Shown here: positions 1 through 11,100 of the stretch, piece by piece
Layout of the letters: the number at the start of each line of letters is the position of its first letter
How positions within the stretch are numbered: the first letter of the stretch is position 1
Origin: Salinispira sp.
GTDB lineage: Bacteria; Spirochaetota; Spirochaetia; DSM-27196; Salinispiraceae
DNA length: 64,000 nt
Assembly (NCBI GenBank): GCA_965602015.1
Contig: OZ271918.1
Span: forward strand, 2,144,001 to 2,208,000
Direction of reading: 5' to 3'
Program-made: the position numbers and the translations under genes
Notes under the pieces: generated by a model
The model's input: the letters and a program-made list of their open reading frames with translations, nothing else
What the model was told of the DNA's origin: nothing
Databases searched by the model: none

Positions 1-61
1 GCGCTGGAACAAGGAGTCGGCCTTTCTCGTCAAGACTGTTTCTGTACTCCCCGGTCAACAC
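1..61 (-). CDS. mraZ: Division/cell wall cluster transcriptional repressor MraZ, 5' fragment (runs off the window edge)
   Basis: Not in the ORF track. The minus strand from GTG at 61 reads MLTGEYRNSLDEKGRLLVPA, the MraZ N-terminal G-x-Y...LDxKGRxxxP motif. GGAG RBS and MraZ boxes lie directly upstream. Confidence 0.92.
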   Translation of the reverse strand, partial: MLTGEYRNSLDEKGRLLVPA

Positions 62-69
62 CCTTTACT

Positions 70-104
70 CCCACTTTCTCCCGTTTTCTCCCACTTTTTA
101 CCAC
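70..104 (-). promoter_or_regulatory. MraZ operator: GTGG(G) direct repeats at 10-bp period
   Basis: Minus strand reads gaagaaGTGGtaaaaaGTGGGagaaaACGGGagaaaGTGGGag, with boxes at 101-104, 90-94, 80-84 and 70-74, matching known MraZ binding repeats. Confidence 0.85.
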
Positions 105-112
105 TTCTTCCT

Positions 113-140
113 ATACTACGACAATAAAATCATATGTCAA
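113..140 (-). promoter_or_regulatory. Sigma70 promoter of mraZ/dcw
   Basis: TTGACA (140-135), 16-nt spacer, TAGTAT (118-113), immediately upstream of the MraZ boxes. Confidence 0.7.
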
Positions 141-250
141 CCAAGTAGACAGAAAATTAATAAAAAGCAGTACAGCCGAAGATAATTATCTTCATATTTG
201 TTGAGTAAAAAATTGTGCGGGAAGATTCCGTCCGGTGACCTGCTTCGAGG

Positions 251-2476
251 TCACCCGGAGTCCCGGGGACCGGGGACCGAGAGGGGAATTCGCAACTCGA
301 AGCAGGCTCCCGGTTCGCCGGGATTAACCAGGCTGATTTCTCCGCCGAGCACCGAGGTCGCAAGATTGTAGACTATGCTCAAGCCGAGCCCCGTACCGCC
401 CTGTTCCATACCGGTGGTAAAAAAGGGCTGGAAGATCTTTGCCCCGTGCTCGCCGGGTATACCCGGGCCGGAATCCCGGTAAACCAGGCACAGCTGTTTG
501 TCGTCCCGGCGGAAATCGATATCGATTCTTTCCCGACGGCCCGGGTTCAGGGCGTACTTCAAGCTGTTGGTGAGAAGGTTTGTAATAATCTGGGAAAAGG
601 CGCCGGGGTAACTGTCCAGTACCAGCTGCTCATCTCCGCTTATGGTGAATTTGAGATCATAGGATTTCCATTGGGGTTTTAGGCTGAGAATTACCTGATC
701 AAGGTATTGCCTCACCGGGAAACGGCGGCGCCCCTCCCCGGCCTGATCGGCAGCGACCTGTTTAAAACTGCCCAGAAGCTGTTCTGCTCTCTCCAGGTTG
801 GCGGCGACTATTCGGCTGGATTCCTCGAAGAGTTCCAACATGGCCGCAAGATCCGAACGGGTCATGCTTCCGTCTTCGAAGCGTTTTTGCAGGGCGAGGC
901 TTTGGCTGTGCATGTGGCTGGAAGCCGTGAGGGCGTTTCCCAGGGGGGTGCGCAGATCGTGGGTTACTCCCGCGACCATCTGACCCAGGGCCGCCATTTT
1001 TTCCGATTGCTCCAACAGTTTCTGGGCGTTCTGCAGGGAGGAGAGGGTGTTGATAAGTTTTCGGTTGCCTTCCCGCAGGCGCTCCTGGTATTCGAGCAGC
1101 TGCTTTTCGTTTCGGCCGCGTTCGTCCAGAAGCAGCACTGACTGGAGGGCTCCGCTTAGCAGGCTCCTGATGGTTCCGGTTACCGCGCTGGATATGCGGT
1201 CGGTGATAAACACGACGAAACCCAGTTTTTCGTCCTTTGAATAGAGGGCTTCGACGATTACCAGCCGAGCCGATTGGCTCAATTCTTTAAGTCCTCCGGG
1301 AAGCAGAGATATGGTGTCGAAACTCACTCCGGCCTTGGGAAGCTCCCGGCGGACGCCGTCCCGTTGTTCGAACAACAGGCGGGATCGCCGGCTTTCCCTG
1401 TTCGTCTCCTCGAAAATGGAAAGATAGCAGGAGTTTATGCCTAATGCTGGAAGCTCGTACGCAAGGACATCCAGCACGTCAGAGAGTTTGATGCTGGTGA
1501 TAAGCGCTTCGCTGAGAAGCCTGAGCTGGTTGAGTTTGCGCTCGGTCGCCAGGCGCAGGCGGGTTTCGCTTTCCATATCGTCGGGAGAGGCGGACTCCAT
1601 GTGAACATCCCGGGAAGACCGCTGGGAGCAGGAACTTCGGATTATGAGCTCAGGGGCAATTTTAACGACGGCCGCTGCCGGGACGCTCTTGTGGTCAACA
1701 ATCTCCAAGGCCAACTGCGCTGCCCGGGCAGCCAGATCGGCGGTGGACTGGCGAACGGTGCTCAACGGCGGCTGGGCATAACGGGCATCGATGCTGTCGT
1801 CGAAACCGGTAACCCCAACATCCCCGGGAATGGAAAACCCCCGTTCCGTCAGCCCCTCCATCAGGCCCACAGCCATGCTGTCGTTGGCACAGACCACCAC
1901 GGATTCTCCCGGGACTATGAGTCTGGAAAGTTCTGCTGCCGCAGATAAGCCGGATTCTATGGTGTAGTCCCCCTCGGTTATCCGGGTTTGATCGAGATCT
2001 ATTCCGGCCTGGTCGATGGCCTTGAGGAAGGCGGCTTTGCGCAGCTCAGCTTCCTGCTGATCCCGGGGACCAGATAAGTGAAAGAACTGGTGGAAACGCT
2101 TTAGGGAAATAAGGTGGTCCATCATTGCGCTCATCCCCATGTAGTTGTCAACATGGACTCCCGGCACTCCCGGCACCTCGATTTCCAGGGTGATAAGGGG
2201 GAGGGGATAGAAATCCGCACAAAAACCGATTAAATCCGTACTGGAGATGTGGTGACTGATGGCTCCGGTAATAATAAGGGCATCAAGATTTTCACGGTCG
2301 ACCATGCGGTACAACACGTTTCTTTGTGCTTCGAAGCCATGGTAGGAGCGCAGGGAACCACTGGTAAAAACCAGCAGGCGAATCTCCCGGGACGAAAAAA
2401 TCCGGTCGAGACCGCTGAGGATGTTCTGCCCGTAGGAATCCTCAGTCGAACCGAGAAACAAGCCTATGGTCAGCAC
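251..2476 (-). CDS. Soluble sensor histidine kinase with an N-terminal LacI-type sugar-binding (PBP1) domain and no HTH
   Basis: LacI-like motifs (VHVDNYMG, VVCANDSMAVG, IPGDVGVTGFDD, PPLSTVRQ); H-box THDLRTPL; HATPase motifs NSLKYA, DSGPGIP, FQPFFTT, GTGLGLS. Start moved to GTG 2476, overlapping the racemase stop (GTGCTGA). No obvious TM segment. Confidence 0.88.
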   Translation of the reverse strand: MLTIGLFLGSTEDSYGQNILSGLDRIFSSREIRLLVFTSGSLRSYHGFEAQRNVLYRMVDRENLDALIITGAISHHISSTDLIGFCADFYPLPLITLEIEVPGVPGVHVDNYMGMSAMMDHLISLKRFHQFFHLSGPRDQQEAELRKAAFLKAIDQAGIDLDQTRITEGDYTIESGLSAAAELSRLIVPGESVVVCANDSMAVGLMEGLTERGFSIPGDVGVTGFDDSIDARYAQPPLSTVRQSTADLAARAAQLALEIVDHKSVPAAAVVKIAPELIIRSSCSQRSSRDVHMESASPDDMESETRLRLATERKLNQLRLLSEALITSIKLSDVLDVLAYELPALGINSCYLSIFEETNRESRRSRLLFEQRDGVRRELPKAGVSFDTISLLPGGLKELSQSARLVIVEALYSKDEKLGFVVFITDRISSAVTGTIRSLLSGALQSVLLLDERGRNEKQLLEYQERLREGNRKLINTLSSLQNAQKLLEQSEKMAALGQMVAGVTHDLRTPLGNALTASSHMHSQSLALQKRFEDGSMTRSDLAAMLELFEESSRIVAANLERAEQLLGSFKQVAADQAGEGRRRFPVRQYLDQVILSLKPQWKSYDLKFTISGDEQLVLDSYPGAFSQIITNLLTNSLKYALNPGRRERIDIDFRRDDKQLCLVYRDSGPGIPGEHGAKIFQPFFTTGMEQGGTGLGLSIVYNLATSVLGGEISLVNPGEPGACFELRIPLSVPGPRDSG

Positions 2477-3174
2477 GCAGCTTCTCCGGATGCGCACAGA
2501 AACTCGACGGCCTCGCGGCAGTGAATTGCGGTGCTGTCGAACACATCCATGCTCGAATCCTCCTGCGTGATTAATAGGGGAATTTCTGTGCAGCCGAGAA
2601 TCACTCCGGAGGCTCCCCTGGCCTTTAGACCGTCGATGATGTCCAAAAAGCGCTTTTGGGACTCGGGATTGAATATGCCTAAGCAAAGTTCCCGGTAAAT
2701 CACCCGGTGGATAAACTCCCGTTCGGCCGCTGAAGGGATTATTACCTCAAGACCGAAATTGTCGGTAAGCCGGACGGAGTAAAAATCCTCTTCCATGGTA
2801 AAAGCGGTTCCCAGGAGCCCTACCCGTTTCATATTTGCCGCCCGTATCCTTTTTCCCACGGCGTCGGCAATGTGGAGGAAGGGAATGGAAATACTTTCCT
2901 CGATTATCGGGGCAACCTTATGCATGGTATTTGTCGCAAGCATAAGCGCTCCAGCACCCGCCCTTTCCAGGGAAACCGCAGCCTCAGACAGGGCCTGGGC
3001 GATGGCTGTCCAATCGCCCTGGTGCTGCAGTTTTTCCAGGGGTTCGAAGTTGACGCTGCGCAGTATCAAATCGGCGGAGTTCAACCCCCCGAGCCGTTCC
3101 GCCACTCCCCGGTTGATGTATCGGTAGTATTCGGCGCTGCTTTCCCAACTCATTCCGCCGATTATCCCCAGCAC
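2470..3174 (-). CDS. Aspartate/glutamate racemase family, YgeA/RacX-type amino acid racemase
   Basis: GIIGGMSWESSAEYY, LATNTMH, GLLGTAFTM and ILGCTEIP motifs. Start moved to GTG 3174 (GGAG RBS; TAGTG overlap with the upstream stop). Confidence 0.92.
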   Translation of the reverse strand: MLGIIGGMSWESSAEYYRYINRGVAERLGGLNSADLILRSVNFEPLEKLQHQGDWTAIAQALSEAAVSLERAGAGALMLATNTMHKVAPIIEESISIPFLHIADAVGKRIRAANMKRVGLLGTAFTMEEDFYSVRLTDNFGLEVIIPSAAEREFIHRVIYRELCLGIFNPESQKRFLDIIDGLKARGASGVILGCTEIPLLITQEDSSMDVFDSTAIHCREAVEFLCASGEAAC

Positions 3175-4064
3175 TAGCCCTGCTCCCCGGACCCGCCACC
3201 GAGGCCGAGGGTTTTTCCGCTGTCCGGGGGATCGGCGAAGGCCATTCCGGTGACCGGTAGCTTCCACCCGAGGCTTTCGATCCACTGTCCCATATGGCTT
3301 GTCATCAGTTCAATGGCAACCGGCAGCTGGGAATCTGCTGTTCCCGCCATAAACAGCAGCTTTTCTACCGCGCGCTTACAGCCCTGGGGCGCATCAAGCC
3401 GCTGATTTTCGAGAATAGTCAGAAGCTTTTTTTCTCCCGGATGCCACATTCTGTTGCAGGCGAAGAGAATATCAAAATAGCTTGCCAAAAAAGCCCCGAC
3501 CCGATGGTTAACCGAGACGATATCGCCTCGGGCCGCCGCGACCTCAATCTGACCCCGGTAGGAGGAGAGGGAGTCCGATAAAAGAGGGAAATTGGCGTCA
3601 ATGATGTTCTGAATCAGCTCCTCGGGGTATTCCCCGTCGAACTCCTCGCGCAGGGATAAAAACCGGCCGTTCCTGTCAAAAAGAATCCGGGATGAGAAAA
3701 AGTTCGCCGCCATGCAGGTCGAATACCCGATATAGGCCTGATGCCGACGGCAAATCCGTTCGAGTTCACCCCGGATAAAATCATAATCCCGGAAAATCAA
3801 CTCGACCTTGCCGAGCCCGTCTTTGAGCTGCCATAAATCCTCGGTTTCCCAAAAGCGGTTGTCTATTTCAGCACGGCTGCAGAGCTTGCCGGCCAGTTCG
3901 ACGCGCCGGGAAGGGTCGATCTCCGCGCGTGTGTACACGTAGAGGTCGGTGTCGGAAAACCGGTCGACAGTACCCCCGGTTCGGCTGCCGGCCAAAAGCA
4001 GCGCTTCGGTTTCACTCCAGCTGGAAATTTCATCGCTGATGCTCGCTAACAGCTCGTCGTTCAT
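3174..4064 (-). CDS. Nucleotidyltransferase domain protein (DUF4037-like C-terminus)
   Basis: Pol-beta-type motif LAGSRTGGTVDRFSDTDL; C-terminal helical region SYFDILFACNRMWHPGEK. Start taken at ATG 4064. Confidence 0.8.
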   Translation of the reverse strand: MNDELLASISDEISSWSETEALLLAGSRTGGTVDRFSDTDLYVYTRAEIDPSRRVELAGKLCSRAEIDNRFWETEDLWQLKDGLGKVELIFRDYDFIRGELERICRRHQAYIGYSTCMAANFFSSRILFDRNGRFLSLREEFDGEYPEELIQNIIDANFPLLSDSLSSYRGQIEVAAARGDIVSVNHRVGAFLASYFDILFACNRMWHPGEKKLLTILENQRLDAPQGCKRAVEKLLFMAGTADSQLPVAIELMTSHMGQWIESLGWKLPVTGMAFADPPDSGKTLGLGGGSGEQG

Positions 4065-4170
4065 AAAACCCCCGAACTTAATCATAGGTCCGAACGGGCC
4101 GGGACACAAGGTCTTCGCTGTCCGGCATGTTTATTGCCCCGGGAGACTGCCAGCGGGCTATAATGGGTAT

Positions 4171-5169
4171 ATGAAAGACTTCCTTCGCGCATACCGGCTG
4201 CCCATCTTTTTAATTCTCGGTGCCATCATCATTGTGATTCTCATCTTTACCATACTCGCACCGCAGAGAAATCGGCTTCGCGTCAGCCTGGGCGACGAAG
4301 CCTTCGCCTCATACATCTCACGGATCGCGGAATCGCCTGGCGAGGAATCATCTAACGAGGAAGGTATAGAGCTGCATTTCACCGACCGGCGGCCGGATAT
4401 CCGCATCAGCCCCGGCGCCCCCGGCGAACGGCTGCCGTCGTTCTCATCGGCACTGGCCCTGGATCCGCTGGTGTGGATCGCCGACCGGCGATATCTGCCG
4501 GAAAGGGAGACCGGGGACATCAGTCTGCAGGAGCTCGTTCCGGCAGTGGCGGCAAACTGGACGGAAGAGGGCTATCCGCTGCTTATTCCCGGCGATGCGC
4601 CTCTGCTGTTTCTGCCCATCCTCATAAAGCTGCAGGAGGATATCAGCGGGAGGATTCCCCGCTACCCCCTGGAACATTGGGATGAGATGCTGGCCGCTCC
4701 AGGAGAATGGCGCCGCAGCGGGCAGTTCGACCAGGCCTTTGCGCTGCTGGATGCATGGGAAGAGGCGGGTTACCTGTCGCCCCAGTGGACCGATTTTGAC
4801 GAGGCGGCATTTACCACCCTCATTCGCGGCGGGCAGACAGCCCTGTTCCCCGCCCGGCTATCCTGGAGGCGGGCCCAAAGCAGAGAAGTGAGTTTTAACT
4901 GGACCGTACTCCCTGACATTCCCGGGGCCGAACGGCGGAATTACCGGCTTACTACCCGACTTCTGGAAATTGAACTGTCGCCGCGAAGACGTCTGGCCGA
5001 GACCGCCGACGAGCTCATGAAGCGGCTCAGCGGCCCGGAGGCCGCCGAACAGCTGGTAGTTGAAACCGGCTGGACCCCCGCCGTCGGGCAGGGCCCCTTC
5101 CTCAACCGGGAAGACCGGGACGCCCGGGCCGCAGCCCGGAGCGCCGTGGGTTGGATTGTGGTGCCGTAG
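4171..5169 (+). CDS. Membrane-anchored protein, distantly similar to ABC sugar solute-binding proteins
   Basis: ATG 4171 followed by a hydrophobic anchor (LPIFLILGAIIIVILIFTILA). Weak SBP-like segments (LDPLVWIADR, FTTLIRGGQTALF, ADELMKRLSGPEAAEQL). Confidence 0.55.
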   Translation: MKDFLRAYRLPIFLILGAIIIVILIFTILAPQRNRLRVSLGDEAFASYISRIAESPGEESSNEEGIELHFTDRRPDIRISPGAPGERLPSFSSALALDPLVWIADRRYLPERETGDISLQELVPAVAANWTEEGYPLLIPGDAPLLFLPILIKLQEDISGRIPRYPLEHWDEMLAAPGEWRRSGQFDQAFALLDAWEEAGYLSPQWTDFDEAAFTTLIRGGQTALFPARLSWRRAQSREVSFNWTVLPDIPGAERRNYRLTTRLLEIELSPRRRLAETADELMKRLSGPEAAEQLVVETGWTPAVGQGPFLNREDRDARAAARSAVGWIVVP

Positions 5170-5178
5170 CCGGCCCTA

Positions 5179-8100
5179 TCAGGGCTCCTCACCCTTCCGG
5201 TATACAAGGTCGAAATTATTGCTGCCGTATCCGATGGCAGTCTCGCCCCAAGCCGCAGCGCTGAAGCGGACAATTCCCGTACGCTTGTTTTGAATGGTCG
5301 TGGCCAGGGGAACCATTTCGTATTCCCAGTCACCCAAACCGCCATCCTGATAGGCGTATTTCAAGCCGTCGAAGGTACCCACCATAGCATTATTGATGTA
5401 GGAGATATGAGGCGTGGTACCTTCAAGATCAAGATCTATCCAGGTACCGACCGCACCTTCCGAGTCGACGGTTTGCGAATAATCGAATACATAATCGACA
5501 CCGTCCGCATCGGGTGCCGTGATGTACACCAGGTCGCCAGTGCTGGTGCGGTAGAACGCCGCGTGGACAGCTCCGCTGGGATCGATCTTCATGCTGACGT
5601 ATTGTCCGCTGAAGCTGCGGTTGGGGTCGTCGTTTCTGAACACGGTCTGAATAGTCCAGTCGGCATATGCGGTGGGGTTGGTGGTATTGGCATAGGCCAG
5701 CCGCAGAGTTTGATTAAAGATGTCGTAATACATAATAACCGGGTTGCCGAATTCGTCGACATCAACCGCGACGTATTGGCCGGCCAGGGAGGTCGGCGCA
5801 ATGCCGCCCTGCCCGGCTCCGGCATTTCCGCCGTCGAGATTCAGCTGCACCAGTCCGGCGCCGCTTCCGTCGGGCATGAGGGGACCGCCGTCATCATCCC
5901 AGGTCTGGTTTGAGCGACCGTTGGGAATGTAGCCGTACTTCAGGGTTTTTTCATTATTGTCGAAGTAGGCTACGTGGATGTCATTGCCTTCCCTGACTAC
6001 CCGGGGGTTTTGAAACTGGAAGAGGAGATTGTCGTGGCCGAGCCAGTCGACGTAATAGCCGTTGTATCCTCCCAGATCCCCCTCAGCATCGGCGTCTGGG
6101 TTGTAGACCGTCAGGAAGCCCCACTGGGTACCGCCGTTGAAGTAGTTCCCCAGGTAGGCCACCTGGATATTGTCCGCCGCATCGAGGTAGATGTCAGTGA
6201 ACTCCGGCGGGTCGAACTTGTTGTGAATGAGGGTTCTGGCCGCAGTGGTGCCGTAGTAGGCCTGGGAAGTCGCATAATTCACCCATGAGCCGTAGAGGGT
6301 TCCGGTGCTGTCCACATGGAGCGACGGATGCTCGGGGTCATTCGAGTTGGCCAGACTGTCGCCGGTTTCCCAGACAAACAGATACCGGTCGTCAGTCCAG
6401 AGGGTCGAAGCGATACCGTTTCCATCGTCCTCTTTGTTGTAGTCAAGGCTGTTGTCATTAATGTGGTTGATGGCTTCGATTCCATTGACATTTACTCTGA
6501 GTATTCCGGAATGGGTAACACCGCTAAGGCTTACCACGATCCGTCCGCCGTCGGCATCCGCAGAGGTGATGGTGGTACGGTCATCTGCGCTTCCCGCCGC
6601 GTTATACACCCGCACCCATTCATTGGGATCATTGACCGGGTCCGCAGGCACCGCTTTGAGAAGGTTAAAACCGTGTATTTCCACCCCGGCCTCTCCCTGC
6701 TGAACGGGATACCGGCCGTATTTGGTTCGGTTGGTGTTAAACGAACCGGGATTTCGCAGCAGCTGAGAGATGTAGGGAACGATGTCCACCGTTATGGCAT
6801 CGCTGTCGCTGTTCGGAACTCCGTTGGCATCGTATACCGTGAAGCTGACGGTAACGTTTGACTGGGCAATGGACGCGATGCTCGAACTGTCCCATTCAAA
6901 TGCCCAGTTAAGCACGTTTCCGTTTGATTCGGTGAGATAGTTCGCCCCGTCGACGCTAAAGGTCCAATCGGCGGTGTTCAACGCTCCTCCGGCGGCGCTA
7001 TACACATCGAAGGGATTGCCCAGGCCCGTGCCGGGGTCGTAGCCCGGAATTGCGGCTTCTATCCGGTCGATGATCTGATTATCCTCGACTTTTCCGCGAA
7101 TGATGATTCGTCCCGAAACATCCGGGTCGGCGCCGTCGTACTGGCTGTCGCTGCCGTATTCCACATGACCGAGGCGGGTTTGTCCGCTCATGGCGATGTT
7201 CTCGTTATAGTCGCCGACGGCATCCAGGGTTTTTGAAGCGTCATTATTGCTCTCGCTGTACCTGAATCCGAAATCCGCCACGGCGATGCTCGGCGGAGTA
7301 GAATCCACATTGTCCACCGTGAATCCCAGAGTAAGGCTGTCGCTGAGTTCATCGGTGGCGTCGGCGTCGTCGCTGGTGGTGCTGTCGTAGATGGTAATTG
7401 TTATGCTTTGGTCGTTATCCGCCGCCGATTCGGTAAATCCGCTGGTATCTATTTCTATGGTTCCGTCTGTGAGCGTTCCGTTCTGCTCGACAGTATTGTA
7501 GATTACCGAGTAGCGCAGGGTGCCGTTGCCTCCGCTGGCATTGACGCCGATGTACAGGCGGTCGTTGCGGGCGGTAAAGTTGCTGGCCGCATATCCTGCG
7601 CTGATGATACTGTTCTGCTCATCGACTTCCACGGTTCCGCTTCCGTCCAGGTCGGTTCCCAAAACCAGGGAATTGATGGACGGCTTGTTATTGGCGATAA
7701 ACGCCGCAGTGCTGTCCTCGGCCATATTTCCCGCCAGGTCCACGGCCCGGTAACGGAGGGTTACCGCCCCGTCGCTAACCAGGGTTGAATCAAAGAGGGC
7801 GGACCACTGGTAGGTACCGGCGCTTAAGGCCAGGCGCTCGTCGAAACCGTCGTTGTCCCCCGAGGGCAGGCTGTCGTCGCCCACCGCTCCGCCTTCAAGG
7901 CTGTTGTCGATGACAATCCGGTAGTCGTTGTAGATCGCATTGCTCAGATCATAGACATCTTCAGCAACGAATGCGCCGATGCTGCCCGTGCCGCCCTTGA
8001 GGCGCACCAGCTCTCCGATGCGGTTTTCCATGAACAGTACGATCCGGTCGATTCCCGCCACGGTTCCCGTGTCGCGCACGGTTCCCTGAACCTCAGCAGC

Positions 8101-11100
8101 GGTGCCGAGGATTTCGGTGTCGCCGGTGTAAGTAAGACTCGATGGATCGATGTTATCCACGCTGAAGCTGATGAGATTCTGATTGGTGAAGGGGCTTGGA
8201 CTGGTGGTGTCCTCGGCGGTGATTTTTACGCTCATGGACCCCGCCCCATTGGGGTACAGGCCGGCGGCTTCGGTGTTGATGGGTACGCCGATGCGGTATG
8301 AGCCGGGGAATGCCGGGTCGTAATCCGGATCTGCAGTGCCCAGGAGCTCAACGGTAATGCCGAGGCCCGCGGCTGCCGGAGTTTCGAGACCGGTGACGTT
8401 CGCCCCGCCGACGGGCAGCAGTCCGCCGGGATTGTCGAAAATTATGGTGTTGTTCAAAAGCGGTCCCTCGTTGGAGTAGATAATCCGGTCGATATCCGTT
8501 TCATCCCGCACCAGGCCGCTGAGGCCGTAGGTTCCGCTTACCGTGTCGCCGCTGATCAGATTGATATCGGCAAACTGAGGAAAGTCCTTGTTAAACGTGA
8601 TGCTTACTTCTTCTTCAGCACCGAAAATACCGTCTCCGGGGGTTTCCTTGTAATCCTTCGCCCGGACCTTAAAGGTGATGGTCCTGGTGGATCCGACGCT
8701 GGGATCGAATTCCCCGGATTCATTGAGGTTGATATTCCAGCTGTTAGTGCCGTTAACCTGATACCAGTTCACTCCCCCGTCGGTCTCATCGAGGGTGCCT
8801 TCTGCCCACACATCGTCGGTGTATATGCCGTTGTTGTTGGCGTCGATGGCGATTTGAATTTTTTCTACGAACTGGCTGTCGAAGGCCGAACCGAATACCC
8901 GCACAAAGCCCCCGACCGTTGAACCGTCTCCCGGCGACAGGATGGTCACTTCGGGCCGGTCCCGTTTCGGGTCAATCTGGAGCTGATAGCTGGTCAGATA
9001 ACTGATATTTCCGTCGCCGCTGACGCCAGCGCTGTCTTCAGCCCGGACATAGAAGGTGAAATCCCACAGGTCGGTCCAGGTTTCCCCGGCGTCCACGTTG
9101 CCGTCACCGTCCAGGTCTCCGGTGTTGGTGGAGAAGGTGCTGTTTGCGTAGTCATTTATGTTCAGGAAACTGTAGTTCCAGCTCGTTGTTCCGCCGGTAT
9201 TTATCCAGGTGCTGGCTTCCAGGGTCGCCGCATTGGTCGGATCGATCTGTTTTCCCAGTCCGATGGAAACGCTAGCCACACCTGCGCCGCCGGCATTGTC
9301 GCTGGTAGTTCCGCCGATGGTCAGGGGTCCGAAAACCGCCGAACCGTTGGCCGGAGAGGTCACGTTAATGGTCGGAGCGCTCTTGTCTACCACAAACGAG
9401 CGGCTGCTTACACGGGTCTTACCCACCCCGTCGGTTGCCCGTACATAGAGGGTGTGGGGACCGTCTGCCAGCGCAGCCTGGGCTACCGAGAAGCTCCAGT
9501 TGTCGTATGGAGCGCCGATAGAAACAGCCCCGCTGTCGAGATCGGAGTCGTCGAACTTGTATTCCAAAAGCACTATTCCGGTCTCATCGGCGCTGGTACC
9601 TGCAAAATCGAAGCTGTCATCCGACGACCAGGTGATGTTCGCCACAGGCGAAGTTATGTCCAGGTCGGGAAGCTGGGTGTCCAGCAGAAAGTCGATTTCT
9701 CCGGTATCGGTTCGTGAAAAATCGTTTACGCCGTAGTCGGCGCCGTTGTTATCAACCGTGTCGACGGCGCGGATGCGAATCCCCCGCAGACCGTTTTCAT
9801 TACTGCTCAGTGTCACAGAAAAATCGATGCTGGTGTCTCCATAGCTGCCGCTGACCAGATTAACGGTCTGGGCTGCAATGCTGTTGTCCACAGCATATGC
9901 ATCGATGAGTATGGCTGAGACGCCGTCGTCATCGGTGACCGTACCGGTTATGGTGCTGCTGGTAATGCTCGATGAACCGTCGAAGGCGATATCATCCAAC
10001 ATAACCTGAGGACGGTCCTCACTCTGATCAATGCGGAAGACCAGATCGTTGCCGCCGGCAGTGCTGTACACATTTCCCGCCTGGTCGGTTACCAGGGCGC
10101 GCAGGGTCAGCTCATAGAGTCCGCCGCCAAGATCATTGGCATAGTTCAAGAGGGTCGTATTGCGGGTATCAAAAGCCGAAATAGTCCAATTGGAAATCCC
10201 GCCGAGAACTCCCGTCGGCAGAACCTCCTCACTGTTGAAGTTATTCACGTCCACTATGCGGAAATCGAGATTTGCAACGCCATAATTATCCGAAGTGGTG
10301 CCGCTGATGCTTATGGTGTTGTTGCGGGTCGAACCGGGCGTGGGTGACGTGAAGGCCAGGCCCGGGGCCGTTTTGTCCACATAGAGCTGAACGCTGTCTT
10401 CCCGGGTATTCCCGCCGCTGTCTTCCGAGCGGAGAATTATCTGGTACAATCCGCCGCCGCTTGAGGTGTCCACGGTAAAATTGATGGTCCTCGGGCTGTC
10501 TCCGGCGATTCCGCTTATCTGGACCCCTGAATCAGTCAGGTTGGTGAACGGCTGAATCTGTGTGCCGTCCCGAAGTATTCTCACCGCCACATTTTCAACG
10601 CCGTTGCTGTCGGTGGCCGTTGCGCTCACGGCAAAATCGCCGCTTTGATAACTAAAAGCCGCCGGCAAGAGTCCGGTGAGATCCGGAGCTCCGGTGTCCT
10701 GGGTGAAGCTCACACTGGCGACATCGGAAAGCACCGGAGCCGCGTTAACATCTTCACCGCGGATTTCGATCGCCTTATTTCCGTCGGTCGCGCTGTTAAT
10801 TGTGAAGCTGAAGCTCCGGTCGGTAATCGAACCGCTGGTACTGACATTGGTCCAGGCGGTCCATGTGCTGCCGCCGTCGCTGGAGAACCGGTACTGCACA
10901 GAGTCGGGGTCAAGACCTACACCGTCATCGTCGCTGATAGAGCCGGAAACATTGATGGTTTGGCTTGCGATGGTATCACCTGCGCCCGGAGCGCTTATGC
11001 TGACCACCGGCTTGTCCGAATCCTGATCAATGCGGATTACGTAGTCCTGGCTCGCCGAATTGCCGTTCCTGTCGCCGGAACGCACACGAACTGTCAGGTC

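Noticed and set aside
2477..2686. Long N-terminal extensions in the ORF track (kinase, racemase, TetR, epimerase, tnpB, OMP, SBP-like)
   Set aside because: They overlap neighbouring genes or operators; downstream starts have an RBS or a stop/start overlap.
3177..3220. NTase C-terminus KTLGLGGGSGE resembles a racemase N-terminus (KTLGLIGGMSWE), suggesting a frameshift or fusion
   Set aside because: The racemase has its own intact VLGIIGGMSWES start with an RBS; the similarity is short and probably coincidental.
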